From NCBI GenBank assembly GCA_016861265.1, contig BOLA01000001.1:598229-662228 (forward strand): a DNA stretch of 64,000 bases, read 5' to 3'. This document shows positions 8,701 through 19,211 of the stretch, piece by piece; position 1 is the stretch's first letter; the number at the start of each line of letters is the position of its first letter. The position numbers were made by a program, and so were the translations under genes. Below the pieces are notes generated by a model. It was not told where the DNA came from, ran no database searches, and was given only the letters and a program-made list of their open reading frames with translations. The DNA comes from Patescibacteria group bacterium. Its GTDB lineage: Bacteria > Patescibacteriota > Dojkabacteria > J137.

Positions 8701-9987
8701 ATGGCAAACATAATAACCGCTATTGATATTGGCTCCCATAAAGTCTGTGCAGTAATAGCTATCGTTGACGACGAAGGAAAAGCAAAGGTGATAGGTGAAT
8801 CTTCTTACCCGGCATACGGAATTAAAAAAGGAGAGATTACAGGAATTGATGAAGCTATTAACTCAATTGCTTCTGCATTAACAGGTGCTGAAAGAATGGC
8901 AGGTTTAACTGTTTCTTCTGCGTACGTAACCATTAATGGTAAGCAAATAATATCAAATAATAACAAAGGAGTAGTTGCTATATCAGACAGTGAGATTAGT
9001 GAAGATGATGTATTTAGAGCATTGGAACAAGCAAAGACTGTTGCGATTCCTCCTGCAAGAGAAATTATTCATTTAATACCGAGACAATTTATTGTTGATC
9101 AACAAAGTGGAATTAAGGTCCCAATAGGAATGACTGGTACAAGATTAGAAGTAGACGCACATATAATCTCTGCGCCTACAACTGCAATTCACAATTTACA
9201 AAAATGTATTCAGAGTATAGGGTTGCGAATAGACGGAATCGTATTTAGCGGTTGGGCTGCTGCACAATCCGTGTTAACCCAAACAGAAAAAGAGTTAGGG
9301 GTACTATTACTAGACTTCGGAGGAGGAACCGTCTCAATTACAACGTTCGTAGAGGATTCCATAACTTACTCAACTTCAATTCCCTTTGGTGGAAGTAATA
9401 TTACACGAGACCTTGCTGCAGGTTTAAGGTTATCTTTAGACGATGCAGAGAAAGTCAAAGTTAGAGCAGAGGAAGTTTTTAGATCTGCAGATATGGCAGG
9501 ATCGAAAGATAAAGATGACGATGATAAACCAAAGAAAACCGATATTCTTGATGTTAGTCAACTAGATATAGAAGGTGTTAAGACCATTTCTCGGAAATTA
9601 TTTACAGATATAATTGGAGCTAGGGTTGAAGAAGTCTTTGATCTAATAAAAGCAAATATTGAACAATCGGGTAATGATTTCAAATTGCCTGCGGGAATTG
9701 TTATAACCGGTGGTAGTGCTTTAGTTCCAGAAATTACTGCTCTTGCTAAAAAGAGTTTTGGAGTGCCAGCAAGAATCGGAAATCCAAAGGGTCTAGAAGG
9801 TCTCGTAGATGGAATTTCCTCTCCAGCTTACTCTGCGGCTCAAGGTTTAATACTGTATGCATTAGGTGACGAAGTATACCGAGGCGATAGTAAGTTCTCA
9901 TCTAATAGCGGTTCCAAAAAGAAGGGTGGTTCACAAGGTGGATTATTTGGAAAGTTAGGTGGAATTTTCAAGAATATTCTTCCCTGA
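8701..9987 (+). CDS. ftsA: cell-division protein FtsA
   Basis: MANIITAIDIGSHKVCAVIA..., LLLDFGGGTVSITTF and actin-fold motifs. Sits upstream of ftsZ. Confidence 0.9.
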   Translation: MANIITAIDIGSHKVCAVIAIVDDEGKAKVIGESSYPAYGIKKGEITGIDEAINSIASALTGAERMAGLTVSSAYVTINGKQIISNNNKGVVAISDSEISEDDVFRALEQAKTVAIPPAREIIHLIPRQFIVDQQSGIKVPIGMTGTRLEVDAHIISAPTTAIHNLQKCIQSIGLRIDGIVFSGWAAAQSVLTQTEKELGVLLLDFGGGTVSITTFVEDSITYSTSIPFGGSNITRDLAAGLRLSLDDAEKVKVRAEEVFRSADMAGSKDKDDDDKPKKTDILDVSQLDIEGVKTISRKLFTDIIGARVEEVFDLIKANIEQSGNDFKLPAGIVITGGSALVPEITALAKKSFGVPARIGNPKGLEGLVDGISSPAYSAAQGLILYALGDEVYRGDSKFSSNSGSKKKGGSQGGLFGKLGGIFKNILP

Positions 9988-10166
9988 TTAAAAAACTTGA
10001 ACAATAGCATAATGTTTTAAATACTTATTTTTAATCCGCTTGTTAGTAAATAGAATTGGTGTTTACTTTTTTTGAACGAAGTTTTTTTGTTTTTTACTAT
10101 CTGCTTGAAATATTAGAACTATTATCATAGTATATAAATACGAATTAAATTTTTAGACTTGGTTGT

Positions 10167-11336
10167 ATGTTAGTAAAACCACAGGCTGCACTTTCGGCTA
10201 AGATAAAGGTCGTAGGGGTAGGGGGAGGCGGAAACAATGCGTTAAACACAATGATCAATGAATATAACATCCAAGATGTAGAGTTCATTGCTATAAACAC
10301 AGATGCTCAAGCGTTAATGAATTCTAAGGCAGATATAAAGCTTAGAATAGGAGAGCAGATTACAAGAGGTCTGGGTAGTGGTGGAAATCCAATAATTGGA
10401 AGAAAAGCCGCCGAAGAAAGTGTAGATTTAATTCATGAAAACTTGGCAGGATCAGATATGGTTTTTATTACTGCTGGAATGGGTGGGGGAACAGGAACTG
10501 GTGCCTCTCCAATTGTGGCAGGAATAGCTAAGAACCTAGGAGCATTGACTGTTGGTGTTGTTACTAAGCCTTTCCATTTTGAGATGAAAAGAAGAATGGA
10601 TTCAGCATTAAAGGGGATTGAAGAACTTCGAGAAAAAGTTGATACCTTAATCGTTGTTCCCAATCAAAGGTTGTTGGAAACTATGGATAAGAATGTTCCA
10701 TTTTTGGATGCAATGAAAAAAGCCGACGATATTTTAGCTCAAGCTGTTAAGAGTATTGCTAATCTTATTACCCAAACAGGATTAATTAACGTTGACTTTG
10801 CTGACGTGAGAAGTGTTATGGACAATGGTGGTACTGCACTAATGGGTATTGGAACCGCTAATGGTGAAAACAGAGCAGCAGATGCTTCAAAAATGGCTAT
10901 TGAAAGTCCATTACTAGAAGTTTCTATCGACGGAGCAAAAGGTGTTCTCTTCAATGTGGTTGGAGGTAGAGATCTATCTATGACTGAAATTAGTGAGGCT
11001 GCTGAAATTGTTAAAGAAAAAATTAACCCTGATGCTATATTTATCTTTGGAGCAAGTATTGATCCTGCTTACGAAGACAAATTTGAAGTTACAGTTCTTG
11101 CAACTGGTTTTGAATCAGACTATATAAACTCAGAGCTAATGAATATGGGCATGAATCCCGTAAATTCAATGGGAAATAAACCAGCAAATAGACCACAGGC
11201 TGAACAACCAAAACCTCAAATGTCGAGCGGAATATTAGGTAGTTTAACAAGGCCTAAGCAAAATCAACCTTCCGATGAAGATGATTTAGACTCATTGCCA
11301 TCTTTCTTAAGAAGAAGAAATAACGATAACGAGTAA
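10167..11336 (+). CDS. ftsZ: cell-division GTPase FtsZ
   Basis: IKVVGVGGGGNNALNTMI, the tubulin signature GLGSGGNPIIGRKAAEE, GGGTGTGASPIVA and an acidic C-terminal tail ending in a conserved peptide. Confidence 0.95.
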   Translation: MLVKPQAALSAKIKVVGVGGGGNNALNTMINEYNIQDVEFIAINTDAQALMNSKADIKLRIGEQITRGLGSGGNPIIGRKAAEESVDLIHENLAGSDMVFITAGMGGGTGTGASPIVAGIAKNLGALTVGVVTKPFHFEMKRRMDSALKGIEELREKVDTLIVVPNQRLLETMDKNVPFLDAMKKADDILAQAVKSIANLITQTGLINVDFADVRSVMDNGGTALMGIGTANGENRAADASKMAIESPLLEVSIDGAKGVLFNVVGGRDLSMTEISEAAEIVKEKINPDAIFIFGASIDPAYEDKFEVTVLATGFESDYINSELMNMGMNPVNSMGNKPANRPQAEQPKPQMSSGILGSLTRPKQNQPSDEDDLDSLPSFLRRRNNDNE

Positions 11337-11365
11337 CGATTCTTTGAACTCTATTGTATGCAATT

Positions 11366-11391
11366 AAAAAGCTCCCTTCGGGAGCTTTTTT
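11366..11391. terminator. bidirectional rho-independent terminator (AAAAGCTCCC-TTCG-GGAGCTTTT) between ftsZ and the sortase gene
   Basis: Hairpin with a UUCG loop, flanked by A-run and T-run. Confidence 0.75.
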
Positions 11392-11411
11392 GGAAGCAAT
11401 CAATAAAGTAT

Positions 11412-12275
11412 TTATACAGGCCTTGCTACAGCAACAAACCTATTTTCGTTGCTACCTAATGGAAAGCATGTAACCAGAGTTAAGGTTTTTTTGCCCCTTG
11501 CTCCCGTAATCACCGAGGTATCTGTAGGCTTTACAATCTTGCTACTTGCCATTACATAATTGTAGTCCTTGCCTTCCATTGTAATCGTAATCTCATCACC
11601 TACCTTTAGATTAGGTAGAAAGGAGAAGGCTACTTCTGGATCTTTTGGGTTAGGGTTGTAATTTGGACTAGCGCTGTGTCCATAAATTAGCATATTATTT
11701 TTTATATCAGATATAGGAAGTCCTGTGCTTTTAAAATGCGCCAGTTTTGTAAGTAGAACCTGGTTATAGACACTCTCTGTGGTGCTATCTACATTTGCTT
11801 CTACAGGTAAGTGATCTATTCCAATAGAAGGGATGGTTATATAAAACACACCTGTATAGTCAAAACTTACAGAGTCATCTTCTAACGTGTGTTCATTTAA
11901 GGCTTCGATTGTTAGTTCCTTAAAGCCTTCAGGCTTGGAAATATAGCTGGTAATATCTAAGTACTGGTCTGCGACAGGTGAAACATTGCCCTGGGAAAGG
12001 TATCCACCTGAGGTCTGAAAAGCCGCTTGTATATCAGGGAAGAATTCTTTATAGATAAATACTCCTCCAATTACAATAAAGATTAGTGGTAGAGCAAGAT
12101 TCGCTGTCGAGGACTTTTGCATTACATTGGTTAAATCCTTGTATATTCCCTTGGGGATGTACAGAATATTGTCAATGAAACCCCGCTTTTCGGTATAATC
12201 CTGTATTAAGAATTCGTCCTCAGGGACCGAGAATTTTTTAGGAGTTTTTGTTTTTTGGTATTTATAAAGTGCCAT
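11412..12275 (-). CDS. sortase family transpeptidase
   Basis: N-terminal TM (LALPLIFIVIGGVFIY). Catalytic His in LIYGHS, the TLxTC motif (KTLTLVTCFP) and the C-terminal Arg (RFVAVARPV). Confidence 0.8.
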   Translation of the reverse strand: MALYKYQKTKTPKKFSVPEDEFLIQDYTEKRGFIDNILYIPKGIYKDLTNVMQKSSTANLALPLIFIVIGGVFIYKEFFPDIQAAFQTSGGYLSQGNVSPVADQYLDITSYISKPEGFKELTIEALNEHTLEDDSVSFDYTGVFYITIPSIGIDHLPVEANVDSTTESVYNQVLLTKLAHFKSTGLPISDIKNNMLIYGHSASPNYNPNPKDPEVAFSFLPNLKVGDEITITMEGKDYNYVMASSKIVKPTDTSVITGARGKKTLTLVTCFPLGSNENRFVAVARPV

Positions 12276-12377
12276 TTCTTAAACAAGTAATTGTTCCACT
12301 AATAAAATTTTGAAAAAGGTGTTAAAATAGAGAGCAAAAAATTGCCCCTATACTATGATATTTGTTAGCGCGTACTA

Positions 12378-13655
12378 ATGTCAATAATTTCAGAAGATAA
12401 GCAGAAAGTTCGAAACCTTGTTGATCAAGGTAAAAAGCAGGGTTACTTGACCCACGACGATATTTTGGATGTTTTCCCAGAGGTAGAAGATAATTTAAAT
12501 CTTCTTGAATACATAATAACTAGTCTTCAAGACCAAGATATAGAATTAATCGAGCCTTTAGAGGACTCCGACTTAAAGTTTGCAGCCGGTGCCGCAAGCA
12601 AAATGTCGTTCGAAGAGAAAATTAGAATTCTAAAGCAGATTAAATCCCATGTAAGTACTGACCCAATTAGGGCCTATTTACAGGAAATCGGTAAAATCCC
12701 ATTACTTAGTGCAGAAGAAGAAGTGATTTTAGCTAAAAGAATAGAGGATGCAGAAGCCGAATTCTTAAAGGCTATCCCAGAAATTGCAAAAAAGAATGTA
12801 GACCCAATTTACGAAAAGGCTGCAAAAGTAATTTCTAAGGGTACGAAAAAGAATCCAAGTATTGAAGCAAGTAAAAAAAGAATAGCAGAAAAGGATAAGA
12901 GATTCCTAAATGAGAAAATGAAGTTAGGAATGGAAGCAAAACATTTACTTACAACTGCAAACCTAAGACTTGTAGTTTCTATTGCCAAGAATTACCTAAA
13001 GAGAGGTTTAGATTTACTAGATTTAATTCAAGAAGGTAATTTAGGCTTAATGAGAGCGGTAGATAAGTTCGAATATAGAAAAGGATTTAAATTTTCTACT
13101 TATGCCACATGGTGGATTAGACAGGCTATTACAAGAGCTATTGCTGATCAGGCTAGAACAATTAGAGTTCCAGTTCATATGATTGAAACAATTAATAAGT
13201 TAAGTAAAGTTTCATCTCAGTTGGCAGCCAAATTAGGAAGAAAGCCAACTCCTAAAGAAATTGCAGATGAGATGGGATTATCAATTCAAAAAGTAAACGA
13301 AATTATTAAGATTGCTCAAAAGCCTCAATCATTAGAAGCACCTATAGGAGATGAGTCAGATGCAAGTAGTTTAAGTGATATTATTGCAGATGAATACACA
13401 GCTTCTCCACAGGAATTGGCTACATGGTCATACTTAAAGAAGCAGATTAACGAAATATTAGGCAATTTATCTGATAGAGAAAGAAAAGTTCTTGAACTAA
13501 GGTTTGGCCTAAGAGATGGTGTAGCACGAACATTAGAAGAAGTTGGGCATGAATTTAATGTTACGAGAGAACGAATTCGACAGATAGAAGCCAAGGCTTT
13601 AAGAAGAATTAAGAGTGATGAAATTGCTCAGGCCCTAAGAGATTATTTAAACTAA
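12378..13655 (+). CDS. rpoD: RNA polymerase primary sigma factor (sigma-70/RpoD)
   Basis: Regions 1.2 to 4 are present: [91 protein letters not shown], and C-terminal region 4 ([27 protein letters not shown]). Confidence 0.9.
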   Translation: MSIISEDKQKVRNLVDQGKKQGYLTHDDILDVFPEVEDNLNLLEYIITSLQDQDIELIEPLEDSDLKFAAGAASKMSFEEKIRILKQIKSHVSTDPIRAYLQEIGKIPLLSAEEEVILAKRIEDAEAEFLKAIPEIAKKNVDPIYEKAAKVISKGTKKNPSIEASKKRIAEKDKRFLNEKMKLGMEAKHLLTTANLRLVVSIAKNYLKRGLDLLDLIQEGNLGLMRAVDKFEYRKGFKFSTYATWWIRQAITRAIADQARTIRVPVHMIETINKLSKVSSQLAAKLGRKPTPKEIADEMGLSIQKVNEIIKIAQKPQSLEAPIGDESDASSLSDIIADEYTASPQELATWSYLKKQINEILGNLSDRERKVLELRFGLRDGVARTLEEVGHEFNVTRERIRQIEAKALRRIKSDEIAQALRDYLN

Positions 13656-13706
13656 AAGTATATAGTGGTAGACTGAAAGAGTAATATTTCGTCTACCACT
13701 TTTTTA

Positions 13707-14594
13707 ATGTATACAGATTTAAGTAATAAAGCTTCGAATAAAAATACTTCAGAAAGATACAGAATTTGGTTATTACAATCCCAATACGATTTAAAAGCCG
13801 CAGAAGAATCCCTTAAAGATAGATACTATGAGTGGTCATGCTATCAATCAGTGCAATCGGTAGAGAAAGCTCTTAAGGCAGTTATTATTCATGCTGGTTG
13901 GAGATCTCCAATGACCCATAAACTTGGTGTGCTGCTAAGCATGTGCAACAGAGCAAATGATAGTTTTAGAACAGTAAAATTCAATTTTAGAAAGATTGAG
14001 GCCTACACCTTTATTACAAGATATCCATTTATTTATCCTGATCAAAATATTACACCTCATGACTTAATAACCGAGAATGACGCCAAAACTTGTTTGGATA
14101 TTGCAACTTCTATGATTAACAAGGTAGAGGAATTTCTTCATCAGAAAAAGCCGAATTCACAAGATAAAGGCGATATTGATCTTGAAAATTACTACTTCAC
14201 TCCGGAAGAAGTTGAAGCAAGGCTAGAATCAGTTATAAAAGAACTATCTTCTGATTCACAATTACATGTTTCCAAAATTGTACTATTTGGTTCTTTTTCA
14301 AGAGAAAAATTACACCCAAGATCAAGCACTATGGATATGTTAATAGTTGCCGAAACAGAATTGCCATTCATTGAGAGAATTCAATATGTAAGAGAATTAA
14401 CTAAAGATGAGGAGCCAATTATTGAACCATTGATCTATACATCAAAAGAATTCGACTTTATGCTTAAGGACGAAAGAGAAGGTTATGTTGAAAGTGCAAT
14501 TGATGAGGGAAAAGTTTTGTTTGATAGATCCATTTCTGATACTAATGCAGATCAGGTGGGTGTACAGGAAGCCGCCCCAAGAATCACGACCTAA
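13707..14594 (+). CDS. fused HEPN-domain / minimal-nucleotidyltransferase (MNT-like) protein
   Basis: N-terminal HEPN-like helical domain with an Rx4H motif (RSPMTH). C-terminal NTase-like segment VLFGSFSREKLHPRSSTMDMLIVAE: the GS motif is present but the DxD acidic pair is degenerate. Confidence 0.55.
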   Translation: MYTDLSNKASNKNTSERYRIWLLQSQYDLKAAEESLKDRYYEWSCYQSVQSVEKALKAVIIHAGWRSPMTHKLGVLLSMCNRANDSFRTVKFNFRKIEAYTFITRYPFIYPDQNITPHDLITENDAKTCLDIATSMINKVEEFLHQKKPNSQDKGDIDLENYYFTPEEVEARLESVIKELSSDSQLHVSKIVLFGSFSREKLHPRSSTMDMLIVAETELPFIERIQYVRELTKDEEPIIEPLIYTSKEFDFMLKDEREGYVESAIDEGKVLFDRSISDTNADQVGVQEAAPRITT

Positions 14595-14661
14595 TTTGTA
14601 TTGCCATACAAAGAAAATAATTAATCAAGCTGTAAGAATATTGTAAATATTTCCTAATAAA

Positions 14662-15696
14662 TTGGAAGTATTAATTTTTATAATTCTTTTTATGCGAGTT
14701 CGTAAAAAGCACATTCTTACAGTTCTTCTGTTGGGAACTCTAGGAGTTAATATCCCGATACTGGCTGCCGTAGGGCAGTGGTCTGTTTCGGGAAACAACA
14801 TGTATTATATTGATGGTTTGGTGGGCATCGGTAAAGATGTTCCATCTTCTCCATTGCACATTCAAAAGTCTTCAGTAATTGATACTGCCCAAAGAGTTGA
14901 ATTGGAGGGTAGTCTATCTGGTGCAGATTGGGAGGCAATTAGAATTAATGCCAATGCTAATTTCTCAAACTCAAATTCAATATCTTGGGAGTTTGATAGT
15001 ATAAATGGTGCAACCGGTCCTGCAATATCGGCGTATAGAACCTCCGGTGCAGATACGGATTTAACATTATCTGCGACAAAAAATGATTTGAGAAATGAAA
15101 TCATACGTTTGAAAGGTGCAACTGGAAATGTCGGAATTGGCAATAATGCACCCGGGGCTAAACTTGATGTAAAAGGGAATAATAATTTAGGCAATAGTCC
15201 AAATGTAGTAGCAGCTTTTAGAGCAAATAATCATGCCGGTGTAATTATAGGTAGTTTGAATGGTAATACACCATATATTGGTGATGATCCAGGTGCAAGT
15301 TCCTCTGTTGGGTTATCCTTTTTTACTAATGGACAAGAACGAATGAGGATTAAAAACGATAATGGGAATATTGGAATCGGCACAACAAATCCTAAACACA
15401 AATTATCGGTTAACGGAACTATTCTAGCCAAAGAAGTTATTGTTTCGATTGCTGGTTCAAATTGGCCTGACTATGTTTTTGAGGATGGATATAAACTTAG
15501 TCCTTTATCCGAAGTAGAAAATTATATAAAGGAAAATAATCATTTGCCAAATATACCTAGTGCAAAAGAAGTTGAAGAAAAGGGTATTTCCTTAGGAGAA
15601 ATGCAAAAAATGCAAATGGCAAAAATAGAGGAACTGACTTTGTATATTATTGAGCTTGAAGCAAGGATAAGTAAATTGGAAAATGGAGATAATTAA
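14662..15696 (+). CDS. secreted tail-fibre-like / head-repeat protein with a C-terminal coiled-coil domain
   Basis: Signal/TM at the N-terminus. Gly/Asn-rich repeats (GNVGIGNNAPGAKLDVKG..., NIGIGTTNPKHKLSVNG) of the type seen in phage tail-fibre and Hep_Hag-like proteins. Conserved-looking C-terminus (NWPDYVFEDGYKLSPLSEVENYIKENNHLPNIPSAKEV...EELTLYIIELEARISKLE). Confidence 0.5.
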   Translation: MEVLIFIILFMRVRKKHILTVLLLGTLGVNIPILAAVGQWSVSGNNMYYIDGLVGIGKDVPSSPLHIQKSSVIDTAQRVELEGSLSGADWEAIRINANANFSNSNSISWEFDSINGATGPAISAYRTSGADTDLTLSATKNDLRNEIIRLKGATGNVGIGNNAPGAKLDVKGNNNLGNSPNVVAAFRANNHAGVIIGSLNGNTPYIGDDPGASSSVGLSFFTNGQERMRIKNDNGNIGIGTTNPKHKLSVNGTILAKEVIVSIAGSNWPDYVFEDGYKLSPLSEVENYIKENNHLPNIPSAKEVEEKGISLGEMQKMQMAKIEELTLYIIELEARISKLENGDN

Positions 15697-15718
15697 TTTA
15701 ATTATTGATATTTGATAT

Positions 15719-16393
15719 ATGAGAAAATTTGTGATATTCGCAGGGGCTTTAGTGATATTTGGAATAGGTGCTGCCGTCTTCTTACTCACTAATAACAGCA
15801 GTAGTGATACTGAAAATTTTACCCATCCTTTAAATGAAAGTTGGACTATTAAAGATGGTTATAGTCAGATTGATAATCAAGAATCCAGCTATAGATTTCA
15901 ATATAGATCAAGTTTATTTGTCACCGATACTCCAAGAGATGACTTCGTACATATTTTAGATGGCAATACCATAGCACTAGCATCTAAACCTTCCAGAGGA
16001 TATCAATTACCCCAAGTGAGTATAATATCGTTAGATAGATCTATTATGGGAGGTATGTCTCTTGAGAATTGGGTTAAGTATGCGTCATCAATGAGCTCGG
16101 AAGATATTCAATCAGATCATGAAAGATATAGATACTTAACAAACGGTTACAAAGTAATTTCGGAAGGGAAGATCTTCTTTTTAGTGGATCTAACTGGGTT
16201 CTCCAATACCCCACCAATTTTATTGTTTGATAATGGCAACAAGCTGATAGAAGTAGCAAGCTATTGGGCTGATGATCTATACTTTGAAATTTTACAGGAC
16301 TTTCAAGTCAAGTTCGATGATGGTTATCTACAGTTAACCAATGAGGAAGTAAATATTATTAAGACATACTATGAAGAAAATGACGTTTATTAA
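15719..16393 (+). CDS. hypothetical membrane-anchored protein
   Basis: N-terminal TM (FVIFAGALVIFGIGAAVFLL), no recognisable domain. The 3' end overlaps the next ORF by 23 nt. Confidence 0.4.
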   Translation: MRKFVIFAGALVIFGIGAAVFLLTNNSSSDTENFTHPLNESWTIKDGYSQIDNQESSYRFQYRSSLFVTDTPRDDFVHILDGNTIALASKPSRGYQLPQVSIISLDRSIMGGMSLENWVKYASSMSSEDIQSDHERYRYLTNGYKVISEGKIFFLVDLTGFSNTPPILLFDNGNKLIEVASYWADDLYFEILQDFQVKFDDGYLQLTNEEVNIIKTYYEENDVY

Positions 16394-17759
16394 AGTATTT
16401 GCACTAATCTTAATATCTTTCACACTATTATCAGGTTTCGATATTAGAGCAATTAAAAATGATGATTTACCTACTTCATTTGAAGCAAATAAGCTCACAG
16501 GTGGGATTGTAAGCTATCCTGTTAGTTCGCCAAAACCTCCATCCATAAAATTTGGAGATAGTATAAGTATTGATACAGCTTCGCTAGATGAAGCCAGATT
16601 CTTTGATTCTACCGATAATATTGAATACAGTGGTATTCTTAAAATCAGAGATACTCCATTTGAAGTTACACTTTTTCGTAATAGTCAAAATTTAAAGCTT
16701 CGGGAATGGGTAAATACTTTTTATCCACTTAATACAGTAGATGAAGATGGCTTCCTGAGCGATTTTACCGCTAAGCAATCCAGGGAGTTAAGTGCCAATA
16801 CTATGAGTTTATTGAATAAATATGAAGGTACCTATTATATTAGCTATCTTAAGGAGTACGAAAGAAAAGTACTATCATTGACATTCTCTATTGAGTATTA
16901 CGATGCAAATGATATTGATGAAATACTCAGCATGGTAAAAGTTGCAGGGAAACAATTTGATGATAATATATTCTCAGGAAAACAAGAGTTCAATCGTCTA
17001 AAAGATAGATTGATAGAATACAACAAAGAGAAAAATAATGTAAATCATTATGAGATAAGAACTAGAAAACTTGGAGCGGATACAGTTTACTATTTACCTT
17101 GGACGAAAGACCAAACATATCCAATAACACAGGATTGGGGAATCAATGATAATCCTATTGATTATAATTTGTCTCATTCCACTCAACCGAATGGGTATGC
17201 ATACGATTTTGGACTACCCGAAGGAACTGATGTACTGGCATCTAGTGAGGGCACTGTAACATATGCTCGCTCAGGATCGACAAGTTGTGGTGGGCCAAGT
17301 TATATAAATAGTGCAAATTATGTAGTAATAGCACATGCAGATGGTAAGGCTACTAACTATTATCATCTTCAGTCTATAAATGTTTCGGTAGGAGATAATG
17401 TGCAACAAGGGCAGTTAATCGGGAAGTCAGGAAAAACTGGATTTACTGCTGAATTTGATGGTGGGTCCTGTGCACCTCATTTACATTTTCAAAAACAAAT
17501 TCAGGGAGCAAGTTATACAGACTCAGTTCCAGTTATCTTCGCTGAATATTCAAATCAACCCGGTGACGGAGAAATTCCTTATCCTATGTCCGTTACTTCG
17601 CAAAATGAACTTACTACTGGTGGAGGCTCAAATTGTTTAGTTAAAACCGATTGGATAACTAATGGCCCAAATACAATATCAAATTCGAATTGTATTACGA
17701 TTAGGTCCGAATCTACGATTAGATCAATAAATGGTACAACTCGTTTTTATATACAATAA
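16371..17759 (+). CDS. secreted M23-family (LytM-type) peptidoglycan metalloendopeptidase
   Basis: Signal peptide. GYAYDFGLPEGTDVLASSEGTV ... NYVVIAHADGKATNYYHLQSINVSVGDNVQQGQLIGKSGKTG ... APHLHFQ supplies the HxxxD and HxH zinc ligands of M23. Confidence 0.8.
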   Translation: MKKMTFIKVFALILISFTLLSGFDIRAIKNDDLPTSFEANKLTGGIVSYPVSSPKPPSIKFGDSISIDTASLDEARFFDSTDNIEYSGILKIRDTPFEVTLFRNSQNLKLREWVNTFYPLNTVDEDGFLSDFTAKQSRELSANTMSLLNKYEGTYYISYLKEYERKVLSLTFSIEYYDANDIDEILSMVKVAGKQFDDNIFSGKQEFNRLKDRLIEYNKEKNNVNHYEIRTRKLGADTVYYLPWTKDQTYPITQDWGINDNPIDYNLSHSTQPNGYAYDFGLPEGTDVLASSEGTVTYARSGSTSCGGPSYINSANYVVIAHADGKATNYYHLQSINVSVGDNVQQGQLIGKSGKTGFTAEFDGGSCAPHLHFQKQIQGASYTDSVPVIFAEYSNQPGDGEIPYPMSVTSQNELTTGGGSNCLVKTDWITNGPNTISNSNCITIRSESTIRSINGTTRFYIQ

Positions 17760-17771
17760 GTCAAAACCAAT

Positions 17772-18263
17772 ATGAGAATTAATAATAAATATACATACTT
17801 CATTATTCTTTTTATCTTGCTAGGTATTATCTTCTATCTCTATCAAGCGATGCAATCCAGTGTAACTTCGACTCCGTTAAATGATGATACATCAATAATT
17901 AACTCTAATGAAAGCGATACAAATACTGGAGATTATCAAAGTAATACTGATTCTGGAAATTTATCATCAGACGTGAATAAACCATACACATTCTTGTACT
18001 CCTCTGAATTAGTAAATAAAAAAGAAGATAAAGTTCCTGGCAATATAGATTACGCAGAGTTTGTGACAACAACCGAAGCGTACTCTCACTCACTATACCA
18101 GATGCCGGGAATTTATCTTTACTTCTATCCTTTTCAAAAAGATCTTGGTAGTTGGTTTAATGATAGAAGGGCAATTAATGTAGGTGAACTATCTCAAGAA
18201 AAGCTTTTTATAGCAGATAATCCACAGGGAATTCGATCGTATTTAGTAACAAAACTCCTATGA
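17772..18263 (+). CDS. hypothetical membrane-anchored protein
   Basis: N-terminal TM (YTYFIILFILLGIIFYLY), Ser/Asn/Asp-rich linker. Confidence 0.4.
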   Translation: MRINNKYTYFIILFILLGIIFYLYQAMQSSVTSTPLNDDTSIINSNESDTNTGDYQSNTDSGNLSSDVNKPYTFLYSSELVNKKEDKVPGNIDYAEFVTTTEAYSHSLYQMPGIYLYFYPFQKDLGSWFNDRRAINVGELSQEKLFIADNPQGIRSYLVTKLL

Positions 18264-18449
18264 TTGATTCTATTTCTGTTTTAGTAAAGTTGAACTCGGG
18301 GATACTAATGTTTCACAATCTGAACTACGGTTCAGATGCAATGTTTAATCCAATTCTTCTTAATGTGCTGGAGAGCCTTAAAGAAAATGGAAATTTAGTT
18401 CTATCAGAAAGAGACATAAAACAAATTAATGAATTTTTAAAATAATTAA

Positions 18450-19211
18450 ATGAAGACAATATTAATATATATGTTTATTTTCTCAATACTTGTAGGTAGT
18501 GTAGTTGCTGTAAATGCTGAGAGTAGATTTATCTCTTATCCAATACAAACAAATACAGAACTTCTTCAATACAATGTTTCCGAGAAAATGGAGTTAAATG
18601 AAGTTATGAAAGATCAAAAAGATATAAATCTACAGGATCTAGGTTTAGGGGTTCTTAATAAGAAAAGGGATCTGTACTACTACACCACAAAAGATCATAA
18701 TAGTTGGGGGGCTAATAAATTTATTAATGTATATTCATTAAAAGAGAAACGTATCATTCAAAGGATTCCTTTTGACAACACGGGATACTATAAATACCCT
18801 ATTTCAATTAGCCCAGATAATAAAAAGATTGTCCTAGCTGAAAGAGCGCAGAGCGTGGGCGAAGTTAATATCTTGGTAATAGATTCGGATACAGGTAATA
18901 CCTTAACCATATTTACAAAAGCTTATGCCCCTACCGCGGTATGGCTAGATTCTGATTCTGTAGTAACCATGTTTCCTCGCGTTAGTTGCTCAAGTAATAG
19001 ATACTGCGACCTCGATGGTATTAACTTAAAGCTAAGTAATCTGAAAATAAAAGAAGATAGACAGTTAGAGGTTAGTGGTAATGAAGTTTCACTGCAACTA
19101 GACCATCTAGAGTTAATTTCTGACAAAATAAATATTAGGTCGAAGCTACGAGAAGACAGCGAGCATGAGTCAAGGTTACAATTAAATGTTAAATTATTAA
19201 AGAATGAATAA
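18450..19211 (+). CDS. hypothetical secreted protein
   Basis: Signal peptide (ILIYMFIFSILVGSVVAVNA). No family recognised. Confidence 0.4.
   Translation: MKTILIYMFIFSILVGSVVAVNAESRFISYPIQTNTELLQYNVSEKMELNEVMKDQKDINLQDLGLGVLNKKRDLYYYTTKDHNSWGANKFINVYSLKEKRIIQRIPFDNTGYYKYPISISPDNKKIVLAERAQSVGEVNILVIDSDTGNTLTIFTKAYAPTAVWLDSDSVVTMFPRVSCSSNRYCDLDGINLKLSNLKIKEDRQLEVSGNEVSLQLDHLELISDKINIRSKLREDSEHESRLQLNVKLLKNE

Noticed and set aside
11412-12275. Searched for sortase substrates (LPxTG plus hydrophobic tail plus basic end) among the secreted proteins in the window
   Set aside because: None of the giant surface protein, pilin-like, CHAP or M23 proteins ends in an LPxTG-type sorting signal here. Substrates may lie elsewhere in the genome, so no sortase-substrate pairing is claimed.
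18260-18445. 61-aa ORF between two hypothetical genes
   Set aside because: It overlaps the upstream gene by 4 nt, which could indicate coupling, but it has no recognisable features and is too short to call. Left unannotated.
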